A stretch of 64,000 bases of DNA from positions 70,288-134,287 of the forward strand of contig CAZWZF010000003.1 of NCBI GenBank assembly GCA_964638715.1, in the 5' to 3' direction. Made by a program: the position numbers and the translations under genes. Below the pieces are notes generated by a model. That model was not told the DNA's origin, did not search any database, and saw nothing but the letters and a program-made list of their open reading frames with translations. Shown in pieces: positions 28,566 to 38,777 of the stretch (within the stretch, counting starts at the first letter, position 1; each line of letters begins with the position of its first letter). Origin of the DNA: an uncultured bacterium. Its GTDB lineage: Bacteria > Armatimonadota > Hebobacteria > CAIYQO01.

Positions 28566-30422
28566 ATGGCAGGAACTATAGAACAATATGATGCTGATGA
28601 AGTAAGAACGCGGTCTGACATTGTTAATGTTGTCGGACAGGTTGTTACTTTAAAAAAACGCGGCAGTAAATATTCGGGTCTTTGCCCATTTCATAACGAG
28701 AAATCACCTTCTTTTACAGTTGATGGAGATAAAGGCTTCTGGCATTGCTTCGGCTGTGGAAAAGGTGGAGATGTATTTACTTTTGTAATGCAGCACGAAC
28801 ACCTGACTTTTCCTGAAGCATTAGAGAAATTGGCGCGTCGTGCTGGTGTTCGTCCTCGTGTTGTCCAGCTTGATTCGCGTCGTATGGAAGAAAAAGATTA
28901 TCTTTACAGCGTAAATGCTGCTGCTGATGACGCGTTTCGCAAGGCTTTGCGTGGTAAAGCTGGAGTACAGGCAAGAGAATATTTAGACAAACGCGGCATT
29001 ACTATGGAACATGCAGAAAAATATGGATTAGGATATGCACCAAATGGATGGGATTTTCTCTCGAATTATCTGATTAAAAAAAGTTACTCTGAAGATTTAT
29101 TAGTAAAAGCAAACCTTAGTAATTTTCGCACATCAAGCAGCGGAATTATTGATCGTTTTCGCAATAGATTGATGGTTACGATTTATGACCGTCAAAACAG
29201 GATTATTGCATTCGGAGGAAGAGCACTGGCACCGGATGATCAGCCAAAATATTTGAATACCTCCGAAACACCGATTTTTACAAAAAGCCGGACTCTTTAT
29301 GCGCTTAATTGGGCTGCGGCTACTATTGCAAAGAAAAACAGAGCGATAGTGACTGAAGGCTATTTTGATACTATTTCATGTCATATTGCCGGTTTTACTG
29401 AAGCTGTTGCAACATTAGGTACAGCATTAGGAGAAGAACATGTCAGGATATTACACAGATTGGTAGGGGAGAATGGAATAATTTATCTGGTGTATGATGC
29501 TGATTCGGCAGGAATTAATGCGGCATTACGCGGACAGGCAATATTTCGCTCTGCTGGTGCAGACGTAAGAATTGCCATGCTTCCAAATGGACATGATCCT
29601 GATACCTTAATTCGCGAGCAGGGAGCTGGCGCATTTGAATTAGCTTTAGAATCTGCATTACAGCCGGTAGCGTTTGAACTGTTGCAAGTACTGAAGAAAT
29701 TCCCGGAAAACGATACAAATACCAGATTGAAAATGTTTCGGGCAGCCGCAGAGATATTACTGCCATTATCTGACATTGCACGCGCTGAATATGCTATGTG
29801 GCTAATTGATCATACTGGTGGAATTAATCAAGGTGATTTATCACGGCAGCAATCAGCTATTTTATCGGAAGTAAAAAATCTTGAAAGAACTTCTCATTCT
29901 CAAAATAATCAAACTCAAAAACCTGCTGTAATACAAGATATAAATGAAATACCTTTGGAACGTGATATATTATTGTTTATTATCAGCAATGTTGATTTCG
30001 CTCGTAAGGTAATTGACAGTGGATTATCTGCTGATGTATTTACCACCCCGCATTATATTAAACTATTCCAGTCACTGATAGATTTGAAAACAAAAGGCTT
30101 GCAGCCAGACCCGCGTAATATAAGCAACGATAACAGCGATTTGTTGGCAATAGTAGCAGAGTTATCTGTCCGAGAAATGCCGGCAAAAGAAGATGTCGAT
30201 CCAGATGATTTACTACAACGTATACGCGAAGAATACCAGCACAGATTAGTAACTGGTGAAAAAATGCAAAACGCAGTCGAACATTTGCAAAACATTAATA
30301 AAGCTGAATCGGAAGTTCCAGATTTAAATGATTTACAGGCAGTCCGCGAATGGCAGGAAGCATTACGCAAAAAAGCTAAAATAACAGGGAAGAAAGCTTT
30401 TGGCGATGATGATAATGGATGA
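28566..30422 (+). CDS. dnaG: DNA primase
   Basis: Zinc ribbon CPFHNEKSPSF...CFGCG, TOPRIM EGYFD. Confidence 0.9.
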   Translation: MAGTIEQYDADEVRTRSDIVNVVGQVVTLKKRGSKYSGLCPFHNEKSPSFTVDGDKGFWHCFGCGKGGDVFTFVMQHEHLTFPEALEKLARRAGVRPRVVQLDSRRMEEKDYLYSVNAAADDAFRKALRGKAGVQAREYLDKRGITMEHAEKYGLGYAPNGWDFLSNYLIKKSYSEDLLVKANLSNFRTSSSGIIDRFRNRLMVTIYDRQNRIIAFGGRALAPDDQPKYLNTSETPIFTKSRTLYALNWAAATIAKKNRAIVTEGYFDTISCHIAGFTEAVATLGTALGEEHVRILHRLVGENGIIYLVYDADSAGINAALRGQAIFRSAGADVRIAMLPNGHDPDTLIREQGAGAFELALESALQPVAFELLQVLKKFPENDTNTRLKMFRAAAEILLPLSDIARAEYAMWLIDHTGGINQGDLSRQQSAILSEVKNLERTSHSQNNQTQKPAVIQDINEIPLERDILLFIISNVDFARKVIDSGLSADVFTTPHYIKLFQSLIDLKTKGLQPDPRNISNDNSDLLAIVAELSVREMPAKEDVDPDDLLQRIREEYQHRLVTGEKMQNAVEHLQNINKAESEVPDLNDLQAVREWQEALRKKAKITGKKAFGDDDNG

Positions 30423-30448
30423 GAAATATTTACTGTAAAGATAAAAGA

Positions 30449-30481
30449 TATGCCCGATATTAATGATAATATCGGGCATAT
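30449..30481. terminator. bidirectional terminator (14-bp perfect palindrome) between dnaG and the convergent membrane-protein operon
   Basis: TATGCCCGATATTA-ATGA-TAATATCGGGCATA with T-rich flanks on both strands. Confidence 0.65.
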
Positions 30482-30612
30482 CTTATTTATTCTGTTGGTT
30501 CAGTTATTTCATTGAAAGGATTTCACTAAATCCAAATTCTTTAATGATTGTGTTTTCTGTCATCATTTACTCCTTTTATCTCACCATGCAAATGTTGAAT
30601 TGGGAAATTTAC

Positions 30613-31509
30613 TTACTCAGCAATAGCTGCAACTTCAACAGCAGGTTCATCGTTAAATTGATACTGATTACTATTTACCAGCATTTCACGGTTGATATAG
30701 AATATATAGAATGTAGTTGCATTATATAATGATAAGAAAGAAGAAATAATGCCGAAAATTAATGAAATTATAGACGGTAAATCTGCAAGCAGTCCTTGTT
30801 TTGGCATTAATTCAGCAATAAATTTTCCGGTAAAACTTATAATCAATTGCATGCAGAAAAATATCAGTATTAACCTAAATGCCAACCATGCTTTGCCTGA
30901 TACTAATTTTATTGATTCTTTAATAGCAGACATCCCACTAACATTCTTTAATACAGTACAAATTGTGCTCAGAATTGTATATGTGGCAAGAATAATGCCA
31001 GGGATAATTAAGAAACATGTCGCAGGAAGTATTAGAAGTAATAGAATGAATGAAGTTAATGCAACTGGCCAGAATCTGACAAGGCTTAATTTTATTGAAC
31101 TTTTCCAATCCACTTCTCGACCGAAGAAAGACTCATCAAATAATTTAACACAAGCATTTTGTGCGATAGCGGTTACACAAGATGCTATTAATATAAAAAG
31201 ACAAAAAGCACACACCATGATAATTATGAAAGTTGATATTTCAGGAGTGTCTTTAAAATTTTTGAAGTATTTCTCTATAAATGGAGAAAATATTTCTGTT
31301 AATACATAAACAGGAAGCAAAAGCATTCCATAGATAGTCATGATATCACGAAATTTTTTCGTGAATAGATTGTAGCTAATTGAAAGGATTTCATTAAATC
31401 CCAATGGCCTGGTTGCGATGTCTGATATCATTATAATACTCCTTAGTAATATCCCCACTAATAATAATAGCGGGGATTTGAATATACTATTTTCTTGATA
31501 TGATGTCAA
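30613..31509 (-). CDS. polytopic membrane protein, function unknown (start uncertain; TTG at 31509 or downstream ATG)
   Basis: 6-7 predicted TM helices; overlaps the kdsA stop (operon). Confidence 0.5.
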   Translation of the reverse strand: MTSYQENSIFKSPLLLLVGILLRSIIMISDIATRPLGFNEILSISYNLFTKKFRDIMTIYGMLLLPVYVLTEIFSPFIEKYFKNFKDTPEISTFIIIMVCAFCLFILIASCVTAIAQNACVKLFDESFFGREVDWKSSIKLSLVRFWPVALTSFILLLLILPATCFLIIPGIILATYTILSTICTVLKNVSGMSAIKESIKLVSGKAWLAFRLILIFFCMQLIISFTGKFIAELMPKQGLLADLPSIISLIFGIISSFLSLYNATTFYIFYINREMLVNSNQYQFNDEPAVEVAAIAE

Positions 31510-32305
31510 TTCTTTGAGCGATTGATAATAATTCCTTTAATTTATTTATAGGCCACATTGTGGTGGCATCTGACAATCCTTTTTCGGGTTCTGGATGAAC
31601 TTCCATAAATAATGCGTCAATCCCAACACCGCAAGCACCGCGAACCATGGCTGGTATATATTCACGCATACCCGCAGTCGCTGTACCAGAACCACCCGGT
31701 AACTGTGCGCTGTGGGTTGCGTCAAATACCAGCGGATACCCAAAATCGCGCATGGCGGCAAGGCTGCGCATATCTACCACCAGGTTATTATATCCAAAGG
31801 TAGCACCGCGTTCTGCCAGCATCAAGTTATGATTTCCTGCTGCGGTGTATTTGTCAATAACATTCTTCATATCCCATGGTGCCAGAAATTGTCCTTTTTT
31901 TACTGTTGTTGGCTTACCGGTATCTGCTGCTGCCACCAGCATATCTGTTTGACGGCAAAGAAAAGCTGGAATTTGCAGTAAATCAACAACTTCTGCAAGA
32001 ACACTTGCCTGCCATGCCTCATGAAAATCTGTACATACTGGTAAATCGAATTGTTTTTTTACTTCAGCCATTATTTTCAAACCTTCATCAATTCCCGGTC
32101 CTCGAAAAGCGGTGCGGGAAGTGCGGTTTGCTTTATCGAATGATGCTTTAAAGATATATGGCATTTTTAATTCCTGAGATATCTTTTTTACATCTTCAGC
32201 AATTCTCATTACCATGTCACGACTTTCAATAACACATGGACCGGCGATTAAAACCAGTGGTTCACCCGCACCAATTTTGATATTCTCAACAGTTACAATT
32301 TTCAT
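31487..32305 (-). CDS. kdsA: 2-dehydro-3-deoxyphosphooctonate aldolase (KDO-8-P synthase)
   Basis: LIAGPCVIES and DAxHSAQLPGG-like motifs of the DAHP/KDO8P synthase family. Confidence 0.9.
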   Translation of the reverse strand: MKIVTVENIKIGAGEPLVLIAGPCVIESRDMVMRIAEDVKKISQELKMPYIFKASFDKANRTSRTAFRGPGIDEGLKIMAEVKKQFDLPVCTDFHEAWQASVLAEVVDLLQIPAFLCRQTDMLVAAADTGKPTTVKKGQFLAPWDMKNVIDKYTAAGNHNLMLAERGATFGYNNLVVDMRSLAAMRDFGYPLVFDATHSAQLPGGSGTATAGMREYIPAMVRGACGVGIDALFMEVHPEPEKGLSDATTMWPINKLKELLSIAQRIDIISRK

Positions 32306-32316
32306 CTTTTTCCTTT

Positions 32317-33840
32317 TTAAATTTGTGATACCGCGGCGAAATCATCTTTCAAATGCGCATACAGATTGCGGTAAATCGGATAATATTTGTTATAAATTTC
32401 AGTATTAGCTTGAATCGGCGGTGTTTTATCAATAACTTTAATTGTACGTGCACATGCTTCCTGTACAGAAGGATATATACCAGCTCCTACACCAGCAAGC
32501 AAAGCTACGCCAAATGCCGGACCTTCATCGATATTGATAGTAACGCAATTGCTATTAAAGATGTCGGCTTGTATTTGACGCCATAATGGACTTTTTGCTC
32601 CACCGCCACTCAAACGTATTTCAGTCGGATGCACACCAATTCCCCGGAAAATCTCCAATGAATCGCGAAGACCGAATGATACGCCTTCCAACACTGCGCG
32701 AGCCATGAAAGCACGATTGCTGCGAAGGGTAAGTCCGAAAAATACTCCTCTTGCATAAGGGTCGGGATAGGGGCATCTTTCGCCAGTTAAATAAGGAAGG
32801 AATAAAAGGCCTTCAGAACCGGCAGGTACATTTGCAGCAGCTCGGGTTATTAATTCGTAAGGATCGGTACCGACCTGCTTAGATGCTGCTACTTCGACAT
32901 CGCAAAGGGTATCGCGGAACCATCGCAGCGAACCGCCAGATGAAAGCTGAACACCCATTACATGATATTCACCGGGTACAGCAGCGCAGAAGGTGTGAGT
33001 GCGCATCTGCTGGTCTGTGTAGGCATTTTTCATGTGGGCAAACAATACACCTGATGTACCTACTGAACATGATGCGATACCTTCCATAACAATTCCATTG
33101 CCAACAGCCCCAGCAGCTTGGTCTCCGCCTCCACCTACAACCGGGGTATGGGGAGCCAAACCTGTTAGTGCTGCTACTTCTTTGCTGACACGACCGCTTA
33201 TTTCATAGGATTCAAAGACTTGCGGGAGCATATCAGTTGAAACATCGCATGCTTCCATCATTGCTGAAGACCATTTGCGTTCCGGTACATTTAATAATGC
33301 CGTACCGGACGCATCTGAAACTTCAGTCGCAAACTCGCCAGTTAATTTAAAACGTATATAATCTTTGGGAAGTAGGATTTTTTTTACTCGATTCCATGCA
33401 GCCGGTTCCTGCTGCTGCAGCCATACAATCTTTGGTGCAGTAAATCCTGTCAAAACAGGATTCAATGTTTCAGATTCAACGACGGCGTTAGTAGCACGTG
33501 TGGTTATATCAGCACACTGCTTTACCGTTCGCTGGTCGCACCATAATATTGCTGGTCGAATTACTTCACAGGCATCATCTAAAAATACCGATCCATGCAT
33601 TTGACCCGAAAGACCGATTCCGGCGATTTCAGATGAATCTATTTTTGAAGTATCTAAGATTCGTCGAATACCATTTACAGTGGCTCTCCACCATTCACCC
33701 GGGTCTTGTTCAGCCCATAAAGGAAATGGTGTCAACAAAGGATATTCTTCAGTTACACTTGCTATTTTTCTGCCGCTGTCATCAACCAGTAAAACCTTGG
33801 TTCCGCTGGTTCCTATATCAATACCGAGTAAATAAGCCAT
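32317..33840 (-). CDS. xylB: xylulokinase-like FGGY carbohydrate kinase
   Basis: LGIDIGTSGTKVLL N-terminus, FGGY N and C domains; ~507 aa. Confidence 0.75.
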   Translation of the reverse strand: MAYLLGIDIGTSGTKVLLVDDSGRKIASVTEEYPLLTPFPLWAEQDPGEWWRATVNGIRRILDTSKIDSSEIAGIGLSGQMHGSVFLDDACEVIRPAILWCDQRTVKQCADITTRATNAVVESETLNPVLTGFTAPKIVWLQQQEPAAWNRVKKILLPKDYIRFKLTGEFATEVSDASGTALLNVPERKWSSAMMEACDVSTDMLPQVFESYEISGRVSKEVAALTGLAPHTPVVGGGGDQAAGAVGNGIVMEGIASCSVGTSGVLFAHMKNAYTDQQMRTHTFCAAVPGEYHVMGVQLSSGGSLRWFRDTLCDVEVAASKQVGTDPYELITRAAANVPAGSEGLLFLPYLTGERCPYPDPYARGVFFGLTLRSNRAFMARAVLEGVSFGLRDSLEIFRGIGVHPTEIRLSGGGAKSPLWRQIQADIFNSNCVTINIDEGPAFGVALLAGVGAGIYPSVQEACARTIKVIDKTPPIQANTEIYNKYYPIYRNLYAHLKDDFAAVSQI

Positions 33841-33995
33841 TTGATACCCCTGAATATAAAATTATGGTTAAATAATACCAATAAAAAAATATTTTTGCTA
33901 CATAAAATCAGAAATTGTTAATAAGTAAGTTTAATCTGATTAATATTGCTGTATAATTTACACATACATAAAACATGCTGGTCGCAATACTTTAT

Positions 33996-34029
33996 CAAAA
34001 AAAAATCCTCCTGTAGATAACAGAAGGAT
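33996..34029 (-). terminator. rho-independent terminator after the URO-D-like gene
   Basis: 10-bp stem (1 mismatch) followed on the minus strand by T9. Confidence 0.55.
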
Positions 34030-34038
34030 AGTAGTAAT

Positions 34039-35100
34039 TTATCGTTTACTTAATTTTTCATATATTTCATTATAATAAAGCGCATTTTCTACAGGTGTAT
34101 TCGGTGGAATATGGTTTCCTACTGCCATAAAATATCCCGGGCAATTTTTACCAATTGCCATGCACCTTTCTACTTCAGTACGAATAGCATCTTTGCTTCC
34201 TGACAATAGGATTCTTGTATCAGCATTACCAATAAATACATGGGTTTTGCCATATTTCTCTGCTATATATGCCATATCAGTCAACGGTTCCAATACAAAC
34301 CCGTGCACACCGGTATCCGCAACATCATCAATAAATTCAGAAAAATTTCCATCGCTGGTGAAAATTATTTTTTTACCGCAATCCCGTAATACAGAAAAAT
34401 ATCGTTTAAAATTTGGAAATACATATTTCCTGTACCATTCAGGTCTGAATATCGCACCACTGGTCCAAACCATATCGTCGTGAATCATTACAACCGGAAC
34501 GTTCTCTGTCATTGATAATGCTTCCATATAATTCATCATCCAGTCTGCGTAACGATTTGATAATTCACCAAACTTATTCGAATCTTCACCGGCAGCTTCT
34601 AATAACAAATCCCATCCAAACAGGTCAATAAATCCAGAAATTAATGTGATATATACACCAGTAGTAGGAACTGCTTCTGGCATATATTCTCGGGAACTTT
34701 TATACTGGTCTTCAAATTTCTTTTTCCATTCAATTTTATCTGGCAATCCAAATGTATTTTCAAAATCAAAATTTAAAACATCATCAACGCTTTTATAAGG
34801 GGATTTTTGTAATTCACGATAATCAACACCTCCGACTTGATATACCGCATGACCCATGTCAGTTTTCTTATCACCAAAGATGCCACCTCCGACTAATACA
34901 TTCCATTGAAAGTCATAATTCCAGGCGAGATGAAATTTTCTAACTGCATCATTTTTAATTTCATTTGAACTATTCTCGTTTACCTGAACACCAGTTACAG
35001 CTTTCATCAAATCGAAGTGCATTTCACAGGAATATTCAGTTCTGGGTACTCTTGATGGCATGTCTAAATTAATAGCAGCCCAACCATCTGTATATGACAT
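34039..35100 (-). CDS. uroporphyrinogen decarboxylase (URO-D)-like family protein (methyltransferase MtaA/CmuA-like)
   Basis: C-terminal GNHIPPNTPVEN motif typical of the URO-D fold. Confidence 0.5.
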   Translation of the reverse strand: MSYTDGWAAINLDMPSRVPRTEYSCEMHFDLMKAVTGVQVNENSSNEIKNDAVRKFHLAWNYDFQWNVLVGGGIFGDKKTDMGHAVYQVGGVDYRELQKSPYKSVDDVLNFDFENTFGLPDKIEWKKKFEDQYKSSREYMPEAVPTTGVYITLISGFIDLFGWDLLLEAAGEDSNKFGELSNRYADWMMNYMEALSMTENVPVVMIHDDMVWTSGAIFRPEWYRKYVFPNFKRYFSVLRDCGKKIIFTSDGNFSEFIDDVADTGVHGFVLEPLTDMAYIAEKYGKTHVFIGNADTRILLSGSKDAIRTEVERCMAIGKNCPGYFMAVGNHIPPNTPVENALYYNEIYEKLSKR

Positions 35101-35315
35101 TGTTTTTCTCCATTTTTAGATAATTATAGTTGGCTATTTTAGATATAACAAGAAAAAAATATGTAAAACTCTCAACTTTCTGCATGATATTAGCAAAATA
35201 TTTGGAATATAATATATGAAACATGATATTTATATGTTATTGTAATTAAATCAGATTTCAAATTTACAGAAATTGCAAAAATCTTTATTAAATAAATGTA
35301 ATTGTATTAGTTTTT

Positions 35316-35342
35316 GCAACCTTGCATATTGATAAGCGTATA
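35316..35342 (+). promoter_or_regulatory. candidate ECF-type promoter GCAAC-N16-CGTATA
   Basis: AAC and CGT elements spaced 16 nt, ~30 nt upstream of the ECF sigma start; a similar motif occurs upstream of the second ECF sigma at 45482-45507. Confidence 0.35.
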
Positions 35343-35373
35343 AATTAATGTGAATCTCTGAGACGGGGGCGCG

Positions 35374-35979
35374 ATGCGCGATATAGACGAAGGAAGAATT
35401 CTGGCCCGGGCGCAAAGTGGTGACATGTATGCATTTGAGGAATTAGTTAATATGCATCAACAAAGGGTTTTTAACCACTGTTACCGGATTACGAATAACG
35501 CTGTTGAATCAGAAGATTTGACAGCGGAGGCTTTCGTACGCGCATGGCAGCATATCAAATCGTTGAAAGCAGAACCGTCAATAATTCACTGGCTGTTACG
35601 GGTAGCAAATAATTTAAGTATTTCGTGGTTACGAAAAAATGCAGGCGAAAGAGCATCGATTGAATTAGATGAAATACATGAATTGCCATCAGATAAAATG
35701 ACACCAGAAGAAGAGATGATGAAAACAGCACGCATGGATATAGTAAAAAAGTGCTTAAACCAATTGGCGCCGAAGGAAAAGATTGCCGTTCTAATGTTTT
35801 ATTTGGAAGAAAGGTCGCTGGATGAAGTCGCAGCGGTGCTGGGATGCGGAATTGCAGGGGCAAAAAGCCGAGTGCATCGCGCAAGGCATAAATTGCGCAA
35901 TCTGGTTGAGAAAGAATTAGGTGAAGATTTAATCTTGTCTGAACCAGGGAAAACGAAAAATGAAAATATTAAATTCTAA
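35374..35979 (+). CDS. ECF RNA polymerase sigma factor (sigma-70 regions 2 and 4)
   Basis: Region 2 and region 4 helix-turn-helix features. Confidence 0.8.
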   Translation: MRDIDEGRILARAQSGDMYAFEELVNMHQQRVFNHCYRITNNAVESEDLTAEAFVRAWQHIKSLKAEPSIIHWLLRVANNLSISWLRKNAGERASIELDEIHELPSDKMTPEEEMMKTARMDIVKKCLNQLAPKEKIAVLMFYLEERSLDEVAAVLGCGIAGAKSRVHRARHKLRNLVEKELGEDLILSEPGKTKNENIKF

Positions 35980-36913
35980 CGAGTTGAATATTGCAGATAA
36001 CGAATTGTCAGCTTTACTAAAAGAAGTATATCCTGATGATTTGGTAATGAATCGCCCGGAAAGAACTGCCGAAATTATGCGGATAGTTCGTATTTCGTCG
36101 GCTTCAGGCTTGATAGATTTAAAATTAACATCATTATTGCAAGAAACATATAATAATGATCCGGTAACTGTTGAATCAGCAAATAGAACTGCTCAGATAA
36201 TGTTAGCTGTAAAAGCTGACTGTCGTCAGGAATCTTATCTTGCTGATGAAGAATTATCAACTATTTTAAAAGAAAGTTATATCGATGACCCGGCACTAAT
36301 TTCTGCTCCGGGTAGAACACATCGTATTATGCGAAGAATATCTTCCATAATTTGGCGTCCAATGATTAATTTCCAGCGACAACTTGCGCTGGCTACAGTA
36401 GCATTATCAGCAGCCATGGTAATATTTTTTGTTCAATTCCAAAATGTTAATCAAATCGTTAATCCTGTTAGTTCAATCGTAGTACCTGGCAGTCAACCAC
36501 AATCAGATCAGGTTAAGCCATCAGTGGTTGCAGCGAATATTACACCAATTAATAAAACAGATAAATCGATAAAGAGTAGTGCTGCTACCATTAAATCTAA
36601 TTATTTGAATAGAAATAAAAAGGGATACAGAGATTATACCGCGAAAATTATTGAGAGAACAAACGTAGTAATACCAGAAGAAAAAAAAGTAGAAGTTAAC
36701 ATAGCACGCATCGAACCATCAACCCAAAGAATCGCTGCTGCTTTATATTCTTCCGGTACGATTGCTCACGCATCCGGTGATTATTCTACAGCGTATGATG
36801 CGTATTCATCATCATACGAATTATCGCCATCACCCGAGGCTTTATTAGCATCTGGTCAGGCACTGGTAGAAGATGCAAAGGTAACTATTAATAAAGAAGT
36901 GGATTGGCTATGA
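35960..36913 (+). CDS. membrane-anchored anti-sigma-like protein with triplicated ~42-aa cytoplasmic repeat
   Basis: Overlaps the sigma gene by 20 nt; three repeats of ELSxLLKExYxDDP...RTAxIM; one TM helix; extracytoplasmic C-domain. Confidence 0.5.
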   Translation: MKILNSNELNIADNELSALLKEVYPDDLVMNRPERTAEIMRIVRISSASGLIDLKLTSLLQETYNNDPVTVESANRTAQIMLAVKADCRQESYLADEELSTILKESYIDDPALISAPGRTHRIMRRISSIIWRPMINFQRQLALATVALSAAMVIFFVQFQNVNQIVNPVSSIVVPGSQPQSDQVKPSVVAANITPINKTDKSIKSSAATIKSNYLNRNKKGYRDYTAKIIERTNVVIPEEKKVEVNIARIEPSTQRIAAALYSSGTIAHASGDYSTAYDAYSSSYELSPSPEALLASGQALVEDAKVTINKEVDWL

Positions 36914-36932
36914 ATATAGTCAGGTATTTAAG

Positions 36933-37967
36933 ATGAAAAAGATTTTAAAATTAACTATAATATTGTTATGTTTAATTTCTGCCGCTGTTGTTTTTTCTCA
37001 ACAACCTGCAGAAACAAGAAATATAAAAACGCAGCGTTACATGTTGCCGGGCAAGGTCGTATCTATTGCAAATGACAAACAATCATCACTTTTAGTTTTT
37101 TTCTTTCGCGCTAACAATCCAGATGTACCAGGAAAAATTCCAGATGAGATGGTTAGAAAGATTGCTGAGTTGCGCGATACTGCCGATAAAATTGAGTTGC
37201 TTGCAAACGCACGTTTAGAAGAAGCACGTCGATTAAGATTAAGAGAAGATGCAAACGACATTTTACCTACAATTCTTAAAATTGAGAGCAAAGGGAACGA
37301 ATTATTAGAAAAAGCACAGAAAATGCGCAATCTGGTTAATGAAATGATGTGCTGGCGACAACGTGAGTTTACCTTAAATGCGAAAAGCAATACAGTAATC
37401 ACTACCCGGAAACGTTTTTCTATGGATGGTATAACATTAAATGATAAAGTTCAAGTTATCGGAAATTCGTCAGAAAAATTAACTGTCGAAAACAATACAC
37501 CGGATAAGATTACACTATTAGAAAATATAGTTGAAGTTTTGAATAAGAAAAGAGCAAATGGTGTGAAAATTGGCGAATTACCGGGTGGAAATCGTGATAA
37601 AATGAAAAGAGATAAAAATATTCCTGGTGATAATTTAGATAAAGATAAAAACCCGGAACGTGAGCAACCACATCAAATGGTTGAAATTATTGGAAATGTT
37701 TCATCTTTAAATCCATTAACTATAGCTGTTAATGGAAAGAATGTAGTGGTTGATAATCCTGCCATGTATGGTTATGAAAAATCAATTATAATGAGTTTCA
37801 CTGATTTGTTGCAAAGTATGTCAATTATTGGCCAATTTGATTGTCAGCCAGGAACAAATCAAGAAAATCTATCAAGTTTATATCTAATGATGGGAACCAC
37901 ATCGTTGTTTGGGCAAGATGGTAATTTCACTAACATGTTAAATACCATGCAAAAGTTGCAGCTGTAA
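36933..37967 (+). CDS. secreted hypothetical protein (ECF operon member)
   Basis: Signal peptide; coiled-coil segment; no recognisable domain. Confidence 0.5.
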   Translation: MKKILKLTIILLCLISAAVVFSQQPAETRNIKTQRYMLPGKVVSIANDKQSSLLVFFFRANNPDVPGKIPDEMVRKIAELRDTADKIELLANARLEEARRLRLREDANDILPTILKIESKGNELLEKAQKMRNLVNEMMCWRQREFTLNAKSNTVITTRKRFSMDGITLNDKVQVIGNSSEKLTVENNTPDKITLLENIVEVLNKKRANGVKIGELPGGNRDKMKRDKNIPGDNLDKDKNPEREQPHQMVEIIGNVSSLNPLTIAVNGKNVVVDNPAMYGYEKSIIMSFTDLLQSMSIIGQFDCQPGTNQENLSSLYLMMGTTSLFGQDGNFTNMLNTMQKLQL

Positions 37968-37990
37968 ATTTGTTAACATTTATTTTTATA

Positions 37991-38021
37991 AACTCCGTCG
38001 ACTATATCACGGAGTTTTTTT
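37991..38021 (+). terminator. rho-independent terminator
   Basis: AACTCCGT-loop-ACGGAGTT plus T7. Confidence 0.75.
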
Positions 38022-38049
38022 AATTGTGGTAAAATTATAATACAAATAA

Positions 38050-38079
38050 TTGACAAAATTCACCATTTCTTAATAAAAT
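38050..38079 (+). promoter_or_regulatory. sigma-70 promoter TTGACA-N17/18-ATAAAA(T) upstream of rex
   Basis: TTGACA at 38050-38055; also a TTCAC half-site overlapping the spacer (possible Rex operator). Confidence 0.4.
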
Positions 38080-38119
38080 TGATAACAAGCCTTTCCTCGT
38101 GTCATCTTCGGAGGGAGTA

Positions 38120-38764
38120 ATGATATTTAAACAAGCGCCTGAACCTACTATAGGTAGACTGGCTATATACTTACGAGCTTTACGCACAATACTTGATAGT
38201 GGCGTATCTACTGTGTCGTCAGCAGACATTGAAAAAATAACTGGTATAAATAGCGGTCAGGTACGCAAAGATTTATCATATTTTGGTGAATTTGGCAGGC
38301 CAGGACGCGGTTATAGTGTTGAACCATTAGTTAATAAACTCGCTGGAATCTTAGGATTACATGAAAAACAGAAAGTTATGATAGTCGGAGCAGGTAATCT
38401 TGGTACAGCGTTAGTAGGATACACTGGTTTTTCAAATTCAGATTTTGAATTAGCAGCAATTTATGATAATAATTTTAATAAAATTGGTCGCAGCTTATGG
38501 CATTTAGAAATTCTTGATATTGAAAATATGCCAAGTATAAATAGAGAAATGAATGTAAACGTAGGAATAATTACTACACCTGGTACTGCAGCTCAATATG
38601 CTGCTGATAAAATGTTTGAAAGCGGTGTAAAAGTAATTATGAATTTTGCTCCAGCTCGAATTAATGTACCGGAAAATGTAACAGTGCGAAATGTTGATTT
38701 AACGCAAGAACTTCAAATCCTTTGTTATTATATGCCGAAAGAAGAAATAGTCGAAATTAAATAA
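38120..38764 (+). CDS. rex: redox-sensing transcriptional repressor Rex
   Basis: Winged-helix N-domain, Rossmann GAGNLG NADH-binding motif; GGAGG RBS; ATG at 38120. Confidence 0.85.
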   Translation: MIFKQAPEPTIGRLAIYLRALRTILDSGVSTVSSADIEKITGINSGQVRKDLSYFGEFGRPGRGYSVEPLVNKLAGILGLHEKQKVMIVGAGNLGTALVGYTGFSNSDFELAAIYDNNFNKIGRSLWHLEILDIENMPSINREMNVNVGIITTPGTAAQYAADKMFESGVKVIMNFAPARINVPENVTVRNVDLTQELQILCYYMPKEEIVEIK

Positions 38765-38777
38765 TGGTTTCACATCT

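Noticed and set aside
30463-30729. 88-aa + strand ORF (MIISGISYLF...) downstream of dnaG
   Set aside because: Overlaps the terminator and the 3' end of the minus-strand membrane-protein gene; low-complexity hydrophobic translation of AT-rich DNA.
31546-32151. Cluster of 60-90-aa ORFs on both strands inside kdsA
   Set aside because: All overlap the strongly supported kdsA reading frame; no RBS; typical shadow ORFs.
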